DNA of 64,000 bases, taken from assembly GCA_045602965.1 (NCBI GenBank), contig JAZSCO010000006.1:3008-67007 (forward strand). The letters are read 5' to 3'. Origin of the DNA: Acutalibacteraceae bacterium (lineage in GTDB: Bacteria; Bacillota; Clostridia; Oscillospirales; Acutalibacteraceae). This document shows, piece after piece, positions 1 to 8,876 of the stretch; the first letter of the stretch is position 1; the number at the start of each line of letters is the position of its first letter. The position numbers and the translations under genes were made by a program. The notes below the pieces were generated by a model. The model saw nothing but the letters and a program-made list of their open reading frames with translations. It made no database searches and was not told where the DNA came from.

Positions 1-685
1 GGTAAGTATATTCACTCGTAACGTCAATTCCGAGGCTCATAATATAGTCGAGCATCTTGTTTCTTGCCTCATCCTGCTCATGCATTTCTGTTCTCGGCCC
101 GAAATTTTCCGCAATGCAGAAGTTATCGAGATGAACCGTGCCCGCCTCTCTGACAGGAATAACCTCGCAGAATCGGTCAAAATATTTTTTGAAAAGACCG
201 CTCTCCCAATACTGCTTATATGATGTTTTATATGCATTTCTTCCGTAGAAAACCTCAATAACCGCCGGAGTACCGTCGGGATACTTTGTTATTGCGCTTG
301 CTTCAACAAATTCGGGATGTGATTGATTTGCATCATATTCGTCAGCAAGATTACCGTGAACACTTACTACCGTGTTGTATTTTTCAGCTTCTTCATAAAG
401 CCACATAAAGCTGTCTCTCGGCGTAGCATCGCAGTCTCGCTTGAGATACGGATTGATAACTTCCATTTCGGGGTAACAGTCATCATGTCCGAGTCCCTGC
501 CAACCGACAAGGTAAACAATCTTCTTTATACCCTGCGTTATGTTATCCATCATCCTGATTATTTCAAGTGCCTGTTCAAAAGTGATAAGAACCTCGGATG
601 TTTTTTTCTCCCAATCGGGTTTTGCAAGAAACATCTTCATCCACAATGTTTTTGAATAGTCATAGTTGAATTTTTTCTGATTCAT
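1..685 (-). CDS. GH101-like (endo-alpha-N-acetylgalactosaminidase family) protein, partial, runs off window start
   Basis: Not in ORF track. Manual translation from ATG 685 (RBS GGAGGGT) is open to the window edge: MNQKKFNYDYSKTLWMKMFLA..TFEQALEIIRMMDNITQGIKKIVYLVGWQGLGHDDCYP..VSVHGN..TVHLDNF..GIDVTSEY, resembling the GH101 TIM-barrel motifs. Confidence 0.65.
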   Translation of the reverse strand, partial: MNQKKFNYDYSKTLWMKMFLAKPDWEKKTSEVLITFEQALEIIRMMDNITQGIKKIVYLVGWQGLGHDDCYPEMEVINPYLKRDCDATPRDSFMWLYEEAEKYNTVVSVHGNLADEYDANQSHPEFVEASAITKYPDGTPAVIEVFYGRNAYKTSYKQYWESGLFKKYFDRFCEVIPVREAGTVHLDNFCIAENFGPRTEMHEQDEARNKMLDYIMSLGIDVTSEYTY

Positions 686-904
686 TATTCACCCTCCCGT
701 TTGAAACGCTTTTATTTTGCATAAATCGCAATTTAAATTAATATCTATATTATAATATAACAAAATGCACAAATCAATACCGATAAGTGCATTATTTTTG
801 TGTTTTTTAATCAGATAATATAATTTTCTCTGATTGGTGAAGAACCTGTTGTAATCTGAAATATATTACCGTTTCTTCAGAAATCTCGTAAAAATTACCT
901 TTCA

Positions 905-937
905 AAAAAGCTGTCTTTGTGATTCAAAGACAGCTTT
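905..937 (-). terminator. Intrinsic terminator downstream of half-SASP copy 1
   Basis: aaagctgtctttg-tgatt-caaagacagcttt inverted repeat; the + strand A-run gives a U-tract on the minus strand. Confidence 0.7.
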
Positions 938-961
938 CGACACATTATATTGATTATTTTG

Positions 962-1081
962 TCATAGAATGTGTATGTTTTCTTCGAGAGGTAATTGAAC
1001 GCCAACTTCTCTTGCAGCTTCCATCTTGAACCGGTCAAGAGCAGCTCTTGCCTGAGGAACAACTGAATTATTCTTTGACAT
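962..1081 (-). CDS. Truncated alpha/beta-type small acid-soluble spore protein (39 aa, N-terminal half only)
   Basis: MSKNNSVVPQARAALDRFKMEAAREVGVQLPLEENIHIL*; matches clostridial SASP helix 1 and the GPR site region (EAAREV); RBS AAGGGGTG. Confidence 0.8.
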   Translation of the reverse strand: MSKNNSVVPQARAALDRFKMEAAREVGVQLPLEENIHIL

Positions 1082-1356
1082 TTTCATTACACCCCTTCAA
1101 ATTCAATTTGCGTTTGCCTTATTATTGTTGCAAACCATTCGGGGTTTATTAATGTTAATTTTTTGATTAATTAAAACTTATTGGAATCCTGCAAAATATT
1201 TATAGGTATTGCAAACAGTAATTTTATCTGCTAAAATAATTATAATTTATTATTTTGTCGAAAAAAACAAAATAATAATATAACCAATAAACTGACCTTC
1301 AAAAACTTCACACAACAAATAACACTGACTGATAAGCAATATTACGGAGATTTATT

Positions 1357-2184
1357 ATGCCTGAAAATCACATGAAAGATTTACAAAAAGTCGAACTGGA
1401 AATACTTATTGAAACTGATAGGATTTGCAAAAAACACAACATACGTTATTTCTTGGTTGCAGGAACTCTTCTTGGTGCAATCAGACACAAAGGCTTTATC
1501 CCATGGGACGATGATATTGACATATGTATGCCGATTGAAGATTACCGCAAATTCTGTAAAGTGGCAAAAAAAGAGTTAAATAAAAACTATTTTTTACAAA
1601 ACTATAAAACGGATTTCAGCGGAATGTGGTTTTCGAAAATCAGAAAGAATAACACTACCGCTATTGAAAAAAACTTCGAATCAAAACTTCACCATCAAGG
1701 CATATGGATAGATGTTTTTCCGCTTATAGGGATAAAACACGAAAAAAAATGGATAGAAAATCTTAAAAGTAAAGTATTGCCGGCAAAAAAATTGATAAAT
1801 AAAAAAATTGGAATAATGGAGGATATCGACAAAAAACCAATTTTTAAGATATTAAACTTCTTTATTTCTATGAATCTGTTACGACTTATAACTTCTGCAA
1901 TTTACCGTGTTTCGTTCAAGAGCCCTTCAGTTTATAAATACTGTTATTATCTGTGGGCTAGTTCAGCAATAAAACCCCGATTCGAATCTGAATGGTTTTC
2001 CGAATCTTGTGAGGTTGAATTTGAAGGTCATATGTTTCCGGCACCAAAAGATTGGGACAAATACCTTACGATTGAATACGGTGATTATATGACTCCTCCA
2101 CCGCCTGAAAAAAGAAACGGCGGTTCCCACACAATTTCTATAGTGGACATTAACAATAACTACACGAAATATATCAAGAAATAA
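1357..2184 (+). CDS. licD: LicD family phosphocholine transferase
   Basis: GTLLGAIRHKGFIPWDDDIDI, IDVFPL and YLTIEYGDYMTPPP motifs. Confidence 0.92.
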   Translation: MPENHMKDLQKVELEILIETDRICKKHNIRYFLVAGTLLGAIRHKGFIPWDDDIDICMPIEDYRKFCKVAKKELNKNYFLQNYKTDFSGMWFSKIRKNNTTAIEKNFESKLHHQGIWIDVFPLIGIKHEKKWIENLKSKVLPAKKLINKKIGIMEDIDKKPIFKILNFFISMNLLRLITSAIYRVSFKSPSVYKYCYYLWASSAIKPRFESEWFSESCEVEFEGHMFPAPKDWDKYLTIEYGDYMTPPPPEKRNGGSHTISIVDINNNYTKYIKK

Positions 2185-2206
2185 AAGCATTTAAATTATA
2201 ATAGTA

Positions 2207-2243
2207 AAAAGCTTAAACTGATGATTGAACAGTTTAAGCTTTT
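2207..2243. terminator. Bidirectional terminator between convergent licD and SSS genes
   Basis: aaaagcttaaactg...cagtttaagctttt inverted repeat. Confidence 0.7.
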
Positions 2244-2250
2244 TACTATA

Positions 2251-3840
2251 TTATATGCCTTTAAGATACGGAATAACCCACAACACCAACAATGCGACTG
2301 TAATAAGCATTCCAAGAGGAATCGAAGAAGCAATTATCATCTTTGTCTTCTTTATTTCCTTGGGATCTTTTTCTTCTTCGGGAACTTTAAACAATAATTC
2401 TCTTTCCTCTTTTTCTTTCGGTGTTACTTTTGTCATTAAAGAACCTATTATCATTGCGATTATGCCTGACGCAATCCCGACAAAAAACGGATCAAAGTAA
2501 ATCGGAAGCAAGATTTCTTCAAAAGAGACATATATTTTCATTGCGGCACTCACCACAAATCCGACAAGCATCCCTGCAAAAGCTCCAACTTTTGTAACAC
2601 GCTTGCTCCAGACGCTTGCAAGTGCAACAGGTAACCAAGAACAAGCAACGATAGTTGCACCTAAATAGGTTATCCAGAAAATCTGTGGGGGCTGATATAC
2701 ACAAACCAAGCAAATTATAACAGCAACTATAAGAAGTGCAATTCTGCTGTATATCAGTTTTCTTTTTTCGTTTTTTATCTTTACAACATCATTAATTATA
2801 TTTGAACCTATCAATGACAAAAAAGTGGTTGCAGATGATAAACCTGATGCTAACACACCGGATAAAACCACAATACCCAGAATTGAAGGCATAACATTCA
2901 TAGACGCCCATATCAAAGCTTGTGAAGGTGCTTTCATGCCAGGATTCATCTTTTGAGTGAATACGCCTGCCATACACATTAAAAACTCAATCAGGAATAC
3001 GCTAACGGATGCCACAACACCTGAACGCACGACAGTGTGTTCGTTTTTTGCCATAAGGTATCTGCTTGATTGCCAGGGCGCAACCATAAGAACTGCCATC
3101 CAAGCAATGCCGTATCCACAAGCCCATATCATATTTTCTGCAGCTGTCGGATAAAAATAATCTAAATTACCGCTGCCGGCAAGAATATCGGGAATTTTTT
3201 CGTATGTAGCCATTTCTGAAACAGTATTCGTCCATCCACCAACTTCTTGTGCAATGAAAAGCGCTCCGGTAATTGTTGCAACAGAAAACACAGCAAACAT
3301 AATTGTATCGGTTATCAAAACACCTTTTGCACCTGAAAAAACAGTTATCAATGAAAAAACAACGACAACCACAACAATGCAAATTTCGTATTTTAATCCG
3401 GTAACTGCAGTCATAAGTGTTCCGATACCTTGCACACAGGATAAACTATATACCAACATAATTATAGTGCTGGTGACCGTTGCGAGTTTCATCAATGCAG
3501 GCGAATCAAAACGCTTCCCGAAATATTGCGGAATAGTAAAAACCTCGCTTCTTCTGAGATATCTTCCAAAAAATACAGACCCGACAATATACCCTACCGA
3601 AAGGACACCGACAGCCACCATTATAGGTGCAAAAAAACCGCTGTAGGATTCTCCGACATCGCCCATAAACAGCCCAACACCTATAAAAGATGCAACCAGT
3701 GAACCGGTTATAAGGAAAGATGGCGCATTTCTGCCCGCAACATAAAAATCGTTAGCAGTTTTAACCTTTCGACTAATTACGGCACCGACAAGCAAGTATA
3801 ATACCATTGTAACACCAATGCCGATTATAAAAACATTCAT
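2251..3840 (-). CDS. Sodium:solute symporter (SSS) family protein, probably choline uptake by context
   Basis: DFYVAGR, TIPQYFGKRF, SGAKGVLITD, LASGLSS motifs; about 13-14 TM segments; co-transcribed with the LicC/LicA fusion. Confidence 0.88.
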   Translation of the reverse strand: MNVFIIGIGVTMVLYLLVGAVISRKVKTANDFYVAGRNAPSFLITGSLVASFIGVGLFMGDVGESYSGFFAPIMVAVGVLSVGYIVGSVFFGRYLRRSEVFTIPQYFGKRFDSPALMKLATVTSTIIMLVYSLSCVQGIGTLMTAVTGLKYEICIVVVVVVFSLITVFSGAKGVLITDTIMFAVFSVATITGALFIAQEVGGWTNTVSEMATYEKIPDILAGSGNLDYFYPTAAENMIWACGYGIAWMAVLMVAPWQSSRYLMAKNEHTVVRSGVVASVSVFLIEFLMCMAGVFTQKMNPGMKAPSQALIWASMNVMPSILGIVVLSGVLASGLSSATTFLSLIGSNIINDVVKIKNEKRKLIYSRIALLIVAVIICLVCVYQPPQIFWITYLGATIVACSWLPVALASVWSKRVTKVGAFAGMLVGFVVSAAMKIYVSFEEILLPIYFDPFFVGIASGIIAMIIGSLMTKVTPKEKEERELLFKVPEEEKDPKEIKKTKMIIASSIPLGMLITVALLVLWVIPYLKGI

Positions 3841-3862
3841 ATATATTCCTCACTGATGCATA

Positions 3863-3952
3863 TTATTTATAATCCCTAAAAATCATCATTGTCGCAATTA
3901 ATCCCGACAAAGAAAACCAAGCACCCAGACCAACTGCAATTGCTATTTCCAT
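3863..3952 (-). CDS. Small single-TM protein (29 aa), putative SSS accessory subunit
   Basis: MEIAIAVGLGAWFSLSGLIATMMIFRDYK*; TGATG coupling to the upstream stop; RBS GAGGAG. Confidence 0.65.
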   Translation of the reverse strand: MEIAIAVGLGAWFSLSGLIATMMIFRDYK

Positions 3953-5739
3953 CAGAAATTCTCCTCGTTGTCTTGCTCACTCATCATAGACAAAGCAAGT
4001 TCTCTGTAATACAGCATTTTATCATACCAATCCATCAAGTATTCTGATACTCCTTCGCTGTTTTTTTCGGCAAAGGTTCCCCAGATATACCAATAATAAT
4101 AAATAACCGCCGCGCAGGATATTAAATGCAATTTTTCCTTCTTCGTTATTTTCCTCCCGAAATAAGGATAAACCCAGGCATCGATTTCTTCTCGGGATGG
4201 TGTAACCAAAGAAAAAAGCTTGCAAATATCAAAGCCTATATCTGCATCACCGGCAAATTCCCAATCAATCAAAGATAAGTAATCGCCTTTAACCAACAAG
4301 TTGGGTTCGTAAATGTCATTATGACATAAGGATATATGCCACTGATCTTTTGTCAGATACTCAAAAACCGGCTCCATTATTCTTTTTTCAGATAAACTTC
4401 TGCCGTATTTCATTGCATCAAAGTATTTTTCGGCATCGATGATTTTATCAGCTTCTGTTTTATAATCAAAGCCAAAACCAACCGAAACCTCGGCAGAATG
4501 GAGCTTTTTGAGTTTTTCGGCAAGCAGATTTATATGCTTTTTATTTTTGAAATCAAAGCACTCGTCTGTTTCAATATATTTCGATATTTTCCAGCCTTCG
4601 TCTTCATTTATGAAAAGAAAAGTTTCATCCATCTGCTGTTCTTTTGCAACATTCAAACAAACAGCCTCTTTTTTACGATCAACAACAGTCGATGCATTTA
4701 CTCCCGGATGACGGTATACATATTCCTCGCCTTTGCATCTGAACTTAAAAGATTGATTGTTCAATCCTTTTTTTATAACTTCAATATCTTCGATATCGGT
4801 TATATCGCATTTTAATATGCTGCAGATATTGTCAAAAACCTTTACCTTATTGTGATAAATATAGTCTTTGTCAAACTGCTTGAGCTCATCCATGCTGTCA
4901 AACTCAAGGATATCCTCATTTTTGCATTGCTTTACCCACATCGGAAGCTCTTTTACATTTTCGGCATAAATAGTTTCCCAGTACATATATTCTATTCCCG
5001 GTCTGCCGAAATAACTTTCCAGTATGGGCCTAAACTTTCCTGTAAACACTTCGTCAAAATAAGCATGGCCGTACATAATCCACTGATCTTTGGAGGGCTT
5101 GTTTGTATCATAAATCAAACCCGAATTGTCAAACCGGAACGCGCGCTCAACATGGCTGATGCCGGGCAGATAAACAGAGCAATAATATGCTCTATACTCA
5201 TATCGATGAAACATATTATTTGGATAATAATTATCAGAGCAACAAATATATGTGTTGCTGAGATAATCCCGAGAAACATAAATACTGCTGTGGGTGTTTT
5301 TAGATGCATACTCATTATTCACAACGAGTTTAACACCATATTTATCGCGCAGATAAAAAAATTTTTCCATCATATAGCCAACAACAACTATGATTTCCTT
5401 GATACCTGTTTGCTTCAGCTGCTCAATAATGCGCTCAATCATTATATCGCCCTTAACCGAAATAAGTCCCTTTGGTATTTCGAATGAAACTGGAATAAAA
5501 CGAGTGCTCATACCGGCTGCCAACACAATTGCATTCTTGACTTCATATGGTGCTAATGCATCCAAACCTTTTTTTGTCAGAAGGTATGTATTATCTATAA
5601 ATGCTGTTTCTTTAAGGTTTGAAACAATTTTATTTATGCTGCCCAAAGACAAACCTGTTTTTTCGGAAATCATTCTTTGGGTCTTCTCTCCACCGTTTTC
5701 AGCAAGAAATCTTAAAACCTCAAATGTATTCTTATCCAT
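3952..5739 (-). CDS. wHTH - phosphocholine cytidylyltransferase (LicC-like) - choline kinase (LicA-like) fusion
   Basis: N-terminal TQRMISEKTGLSLGSIN HTH; AIVLAAGMSTRF..IPKGL NTP-transferase; CHNDIYEPN and LIDWEFAG kinase motifs. Confidence 0.9.
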   Translation of the reverse strand: MDKNTFEVLRFLAENGGEKTQRMISEKTGLSLGSINKIVSNLKETAFIDNTYLLTKKGLDALAPYEVKNAIVLAAGMSTRFIPVSFEIPKGLISVKGDIMIERIIEQLKQTGIKEIIVVVGYMMEKFFYLRDKYGVKLVVNNEYASKNTHSSIYVSRDYLSNTYICCSDNYYPNNMFHRYEYRAYYCSVYLPGISHVERAFRFDNSGLIYDTNKPSKDQWIMYGHAYFDEVFTGKFRPILESYFGRPGIEYMYWETIYAENVKELPMWVKQCKNEDILEFDSMDELKQFDKDYIYHNKVKVFDNICSILKCDITDIEDIEVIKKGLNNQSFKFRCKGEEYVYRHPGVNASTVVDRKKEAVCLNVAKEQQMDETFLFINEDEGWKISKYIETDECFDFKNKKHINLLAEKLKKLHSAEVSVGFGFDYKTEADKIIDAEKYFDAMKYGRSLSEKRIMEPVFEYLTKDQWHISLCHNDIYEPNLLVKGDYLSLIDWEFAGDADIGFDICKLFSLVTPSREEIDAWVYPYFGRKITKKEKLHLISCAAVIYYYWYIWGTFAEKNSEGVSEYLMDWYDKMLYYRELALSMMSEQDNEENF

Positions 5740-5930
5740 CTTCAAACCTCTTTATTGTTCGTTCATTTTTTTGACGTTTTTTTCATTTTTGAACGCACTC
5801 AAATTTAAAAAAGCCAAAATGGCTAGTTAAAATTATAATCTTATATATCTGTTTTGTCAACTCCTCACACTAATTCTTAGTTTTATTACATTTTATGATA
5901 AAAAATTTTTCACATAATACAAAACCTTAT

Positions 5931-6199
5931 AAAAAACTGCCTTTTAAATTAAAGACAGCTTTGTAACACATTACATCGAGTTAATTTGTCATAAAATATG
6001 TAGTTTTTCTTCAAGAGGTAATTGAACGCCGACTTCTCTTGCAGCTTCCATCTTGAACCGGTCAAGAGCAGCTCTTGCCTGAGGAATAACTGAATTATTC
6101 TTTGACATTTCGTTTACACCCCTTCAAATTCAATTTGCGTTTGCCTTATTATTGTTGCAATCCATCCGGAGTTTATTAATTTTAATTTTTTGATTAATT
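5931..6199 (-). repeat. SASP-like repeat unit copy 2
   Basis: Direct repeat of 905..1172; terminator stem partly decayed. Confidence 0.9.
5989..6108 (-). CDS. Truncated alpha/beta-type SASP (39 aa), copy 2
   Basis: MSKNNSVIPQARAALDRFKMEAAREVGVQLPLEEKLHIL*; same RBS and same stop position as copy 1. Confidence 0.8.
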   Translation of the reverse strand: MSKNNSVIPQARAALDRFKMEAAREVGVQLPLEEKLHIL

Positions 6200-6228
6200 T
6201 GAAAGTAATTCATGAAATTTAAAATTGC

Positions 6229-6259
6229 AAAAGCCAACAGCGTTAACTGTTGGCTTTGG
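6229..6259 (-). terminator. Terminator after surface protein gene
   Basis: aaagccaacag-cgttaa-ctgttggcttt hairpin. Confidence 0.65.
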
Positions 6260-6272
6260 TTTTTATAAGGTA

Positions 6273-8285
6273 TTAAACATCATAATTAATGCCGAACAAG
6301 TTTCTCCACAATATGGAAAAAGCTTCTCTGAAAAGGTACAAAAATCTTACGGAGAAATACTCAACTGGGTTATGAATTATCTCAATAAGTTTATTAGCCT
6401 GCAACTTATATCCGTTAAGCTTTTCAATTTCGTATTCACTCAAATTATCATCTTCTAAAAGACTGTTAATCTTTGCGATAACAGAACTAATTGCTTTTTC
6501 ATCGAAGACAGTCACTTTTTCTTCGTCAAACGTTTCAAGTATTGCTTCAACATCTTCGATTGTTGTACTCGTTTCAACAATCTTCTTAAGAAGTTCGTCG
6601 CATTTATCGGCAATCGCCTTGTATTCAGCTTTTTTCGCATCGTCTGCAAGGTCGGTTTGAGCATTTTCGACTGATTCCTTAACCGCTTCTATCGATTCCT
6701 TGTCGTCTGATTTTACATTATCAACGCTGAGATTATCAATCAATACCGTGTTGGGGGCGATTTCATAAAGCATTGTTTTTGAGCCTGTGAAATTTCCCTT
6801 GCCCGTGATTGTAATTTTATAAATACCAACATTTGTTGCGGTAGTACCTGTTGCATCATATGTTACAGAAAGACCGTCAACCGTCACACCTGCAATGGTC
6901 TGGGTCTGCTCTGTGCCGTTATAAATGAGAGCATCGCCAAGGACAATTAATGCATCAGAGATATCTTTAGAAACAATGTTTGCTTTTGTTATGATATAGT
7001 AATTTTCTTTTTCGGGAATAGATATACTGTCTTCGAGAATATCATAATTATCTGCATCTTCACCGCCTGCATAATATGCAATATTCAAAGTCTTATTGTT
7101 GCCTGCATTTGGTGAAAGAAACATACCGACACATTTGGTAACTTCAAAATCATCACCGTCAACGATACCGTCGAAGGTAATTGAGATTAATGAACTGTCA
7201 ATTAAATTATTGCCGTCATAAACCTTATCTTGAACAACAGCTTTTGCAGTGACAAGTTTCTTTGTAATTATAAAATTTGTTGAAGATTCACCTTTGAGTT
7301 TACTGCCTTCAACAGCTTTGACAGATACAGTGGCTGTACCCGCTTTTATGTTGTTTGTATAAACAAGAATATAATCCTCGTTCTCTGTAAGAGTATCCCC
7401 GAAAAGCTTTACGGTCACATCAGGTTTGCATTCTTTTCCGCAGTATACAAAACTTGTCTGTGAAAGAGTAATCTCTGCTCCGTTTGTAACTTTAACATAT
7501 CCGTCGATTTTCGTAGTGTTGTCGGTAACTTCCGCAACATCGCCGTTTTTATCGAAAAAATAATAACCGTCAGCAAGAACTGATTTTGCCGAAAAATTCA
7601 GAATTCCGTCGTTGTTTATTGAAAAACCGTTGGGATATATTCCGCCCTTAACCGTGATTTCTCCGTCGCTGTTTTCAAATGTATCCGGGCTTGTAAATGT
7701 ACCCCCGTTTATTTCAACGTTTGAAACATGAGATGTGTTTGGGTTTTTTATTTTTGTTAAAGTTCCGCCATTGACAATCAAACTGCCGTTATTTGTTATG
7801 CTTCCTTGAATAACGCCACCGTCAATAACGACCTTTCCGTAAGAATAAATTCCATACGAAGTGGAAATTCTTCCGCCCTTGATTATGAGAGTACCGTCAT
7901 TCAGAAATCCGAAATTTGCAGCAACGATTTCGCCGGTAAGACCGCTGTCAACAACAGTCAGTTCAACTTCCGAATCGATAACGAAGCCATCTCCGGCGAC
8001 GTCTTCGTTTGTTATTGTTTTTCCGTTCAAATCCAGCGTAAATTTTCCCGATTTGATTTTTTGCCTTTTTTCGATAACAACATCATCAATTAAGGTGATA
8101 ACACTCTCTTGGTTTATCTCTGCAACAGATATCGCATCGGGCAGGGTTGCAAAAGTGCCGATTTTGTAGCCGTTCTTATCTGCAACATAAGCAACTTCTC
8201 CGTTTGCGGCAGTTGCAAACGGAACCATAGAGAAAATCATCGCCAACGCAAGAAAAACACATATAAACTTTGGGGAATTTTTCAT
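6273..8285 (-). CDS. Secreted/surface protein with beta-helix-like region, YDG/MBG-type Ig-like repeats and helical C-terminus
   Basis: Signal peptide ending ATA-A; TLDLNGKTI; VYTNNIKAGTATV; DKVYDG; GKGNFTG; amphipathic aromatic C-terminal helix. Confidence 0.75.
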   Translation of the reverse strand: MKNSPKFICVFLALAMIFSMVPFATAANGEVAYVADKNGYKIGTFATLPDAISVAEINQESVITLIDDVVIEKRQKIKSGKFTLDLNGKTITNEDVAGDGFVIDSEVELTVVDSGLTGEIVAANFGFLNDGTLIIKGGRISTSYGIYSYGKVVIDGGVIQGSITNNGSLIVNGGTLTKIKNPNTSHVSNVEINGGTFTSPDTFENSDGEITVKGGIYPNGFSINNDGILNFSAKSVLADGYYFFDKNGDVAEVTDNTTKIDGYVKVTNGAEITLSQTSFVYCGKECKPDVTVKLFGDTLTENEDYILVYTNNIKAGTATVSVKAVEGSKLKGESSTNFIITKKLVTAKAVVQDKVYDGNNLIDSSLISITFDGIVDGDDFEVTKCVGMFLSPNAGNNKTLNIAYYAGGEDADNYDILEDSISIPEKENYYIITKANIVSKDISDALIVLGDALIYNGTEQTQTIAGVTVDGLSVTYDATGTTATNVGIYKITITGKGNFTGSKTMLYEIAPNTVLIDNLSVDNVKSDDKESIEAVKESVENAQTDLADDAKKAEYKAIADKCDELLKKIVETSTTIEDVEAILETFDEEKVTVFDEKAISSVIAKINSLLEDDNLSEYEIEKLNGYKLQANKLIEIIHNPVEYFSVRFLYLFREAFSILWRNLFGINYDV

Positions 8286-8420
8286 AGAGTTCATCTCCTT
8301 ATTGCAATATACTTATGTTTGATACAATATATTTCTTCTATCACAAATTATATAATAGAGGCTTTTAAAAATCAATATTTTCTTTGTTTCACCCATGTAT
8401 TTACTACAAATTCCACACAT

Positions 8421-8475
8421 ATTATAGGACTATTAGTCCTATTTGTCAATAGGGCATATTGTCCTACGGTATAAT
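8421..8475. promoter_or_regulatory. Divergent promoter region with two operator-like palindromes
   Basis: Minus-strand TTGACA(8449-8444)-17-TATAAT(8426-8421); palindromes TAGGAC-tatta-GTCCTA and TAGGGC-atatt-GTCCTA; + strand TATAAT at 8470. Confidence 0.7.
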
Positions 8476-8493
8476 TTCTATGGGTGATGTACT

Positions 8494-8706
8494 ATGAAAT
8501 TGCGCATCAAGGATATGCGTGAAGACAACGATTTAACGCAGAATCAGATTTCAAAGTTACTGCTCTGCGACCAATCGCTTTATTCCAAATATGAACGAGG
8601 CGAACGCGAAATACCTCTTAAAATTTTAGTCGCTCTTGCAGACTATTACAAAGTAAGCGTAGATTATTTAATTGGAAGAACCGACAATCCTGAAATAGGC
8701 AAATAA
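8494..8706 (+). CDS. XRE family HTH transcriptional regulator
   Basis: RIKDMREDNDLTQ..YSKYERGERE..YYKVSVDYLIG. Confidence 0.9.
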   Translation: MKLRIKDMREDNDLTQNQISKLLLCDQSLYSKYERGEREIPLKILVALADYYKVSVDYLIGRTDNPEIGK

Positions 8707-8740
8707 ATCCACTGTCCAACTTGCGAACAGTGGATTTATT
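8705..8740. terminator. Terminator hairpin after XRE gene
   Basis: taaatccactgt...acagtggattta inverted repeat. Confidence 0.65.
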
Positions 8741-8759
8741 AAATTATATGTTATTATGT

Positions 8760-8818
8760 TGTCATAGAATGTGTATGTTTTCTTCGAGAGGTGATGAACG
8801 CCAACTTTTTTGCAGCTT
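8760..8818 (-). pseudogene. Decayed half-SASP repeat, copy 3 (3' part)
   Basis: tgtcatagaatgtgtatgttttcttcgagaggt is identical to 960-992, followed by gaacgccaact...tgcagctt with indels. Confidence 0.8.
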
Positions 8819-8876
8819 AAAGCTTTGCCTTATCTGGCGCATCGGTTGCGCCTTGATGTTGCTTTGGTTTTGCAAT

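Larger units (their letters stand above)
905..1172 (-). repeat. SASP-like repeat unit copy 1 (upstream region + half-SASP ORF + terminator)
   Basis: Closely similar to 5931..6199 by direct comparison. Confidence 0.9.
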
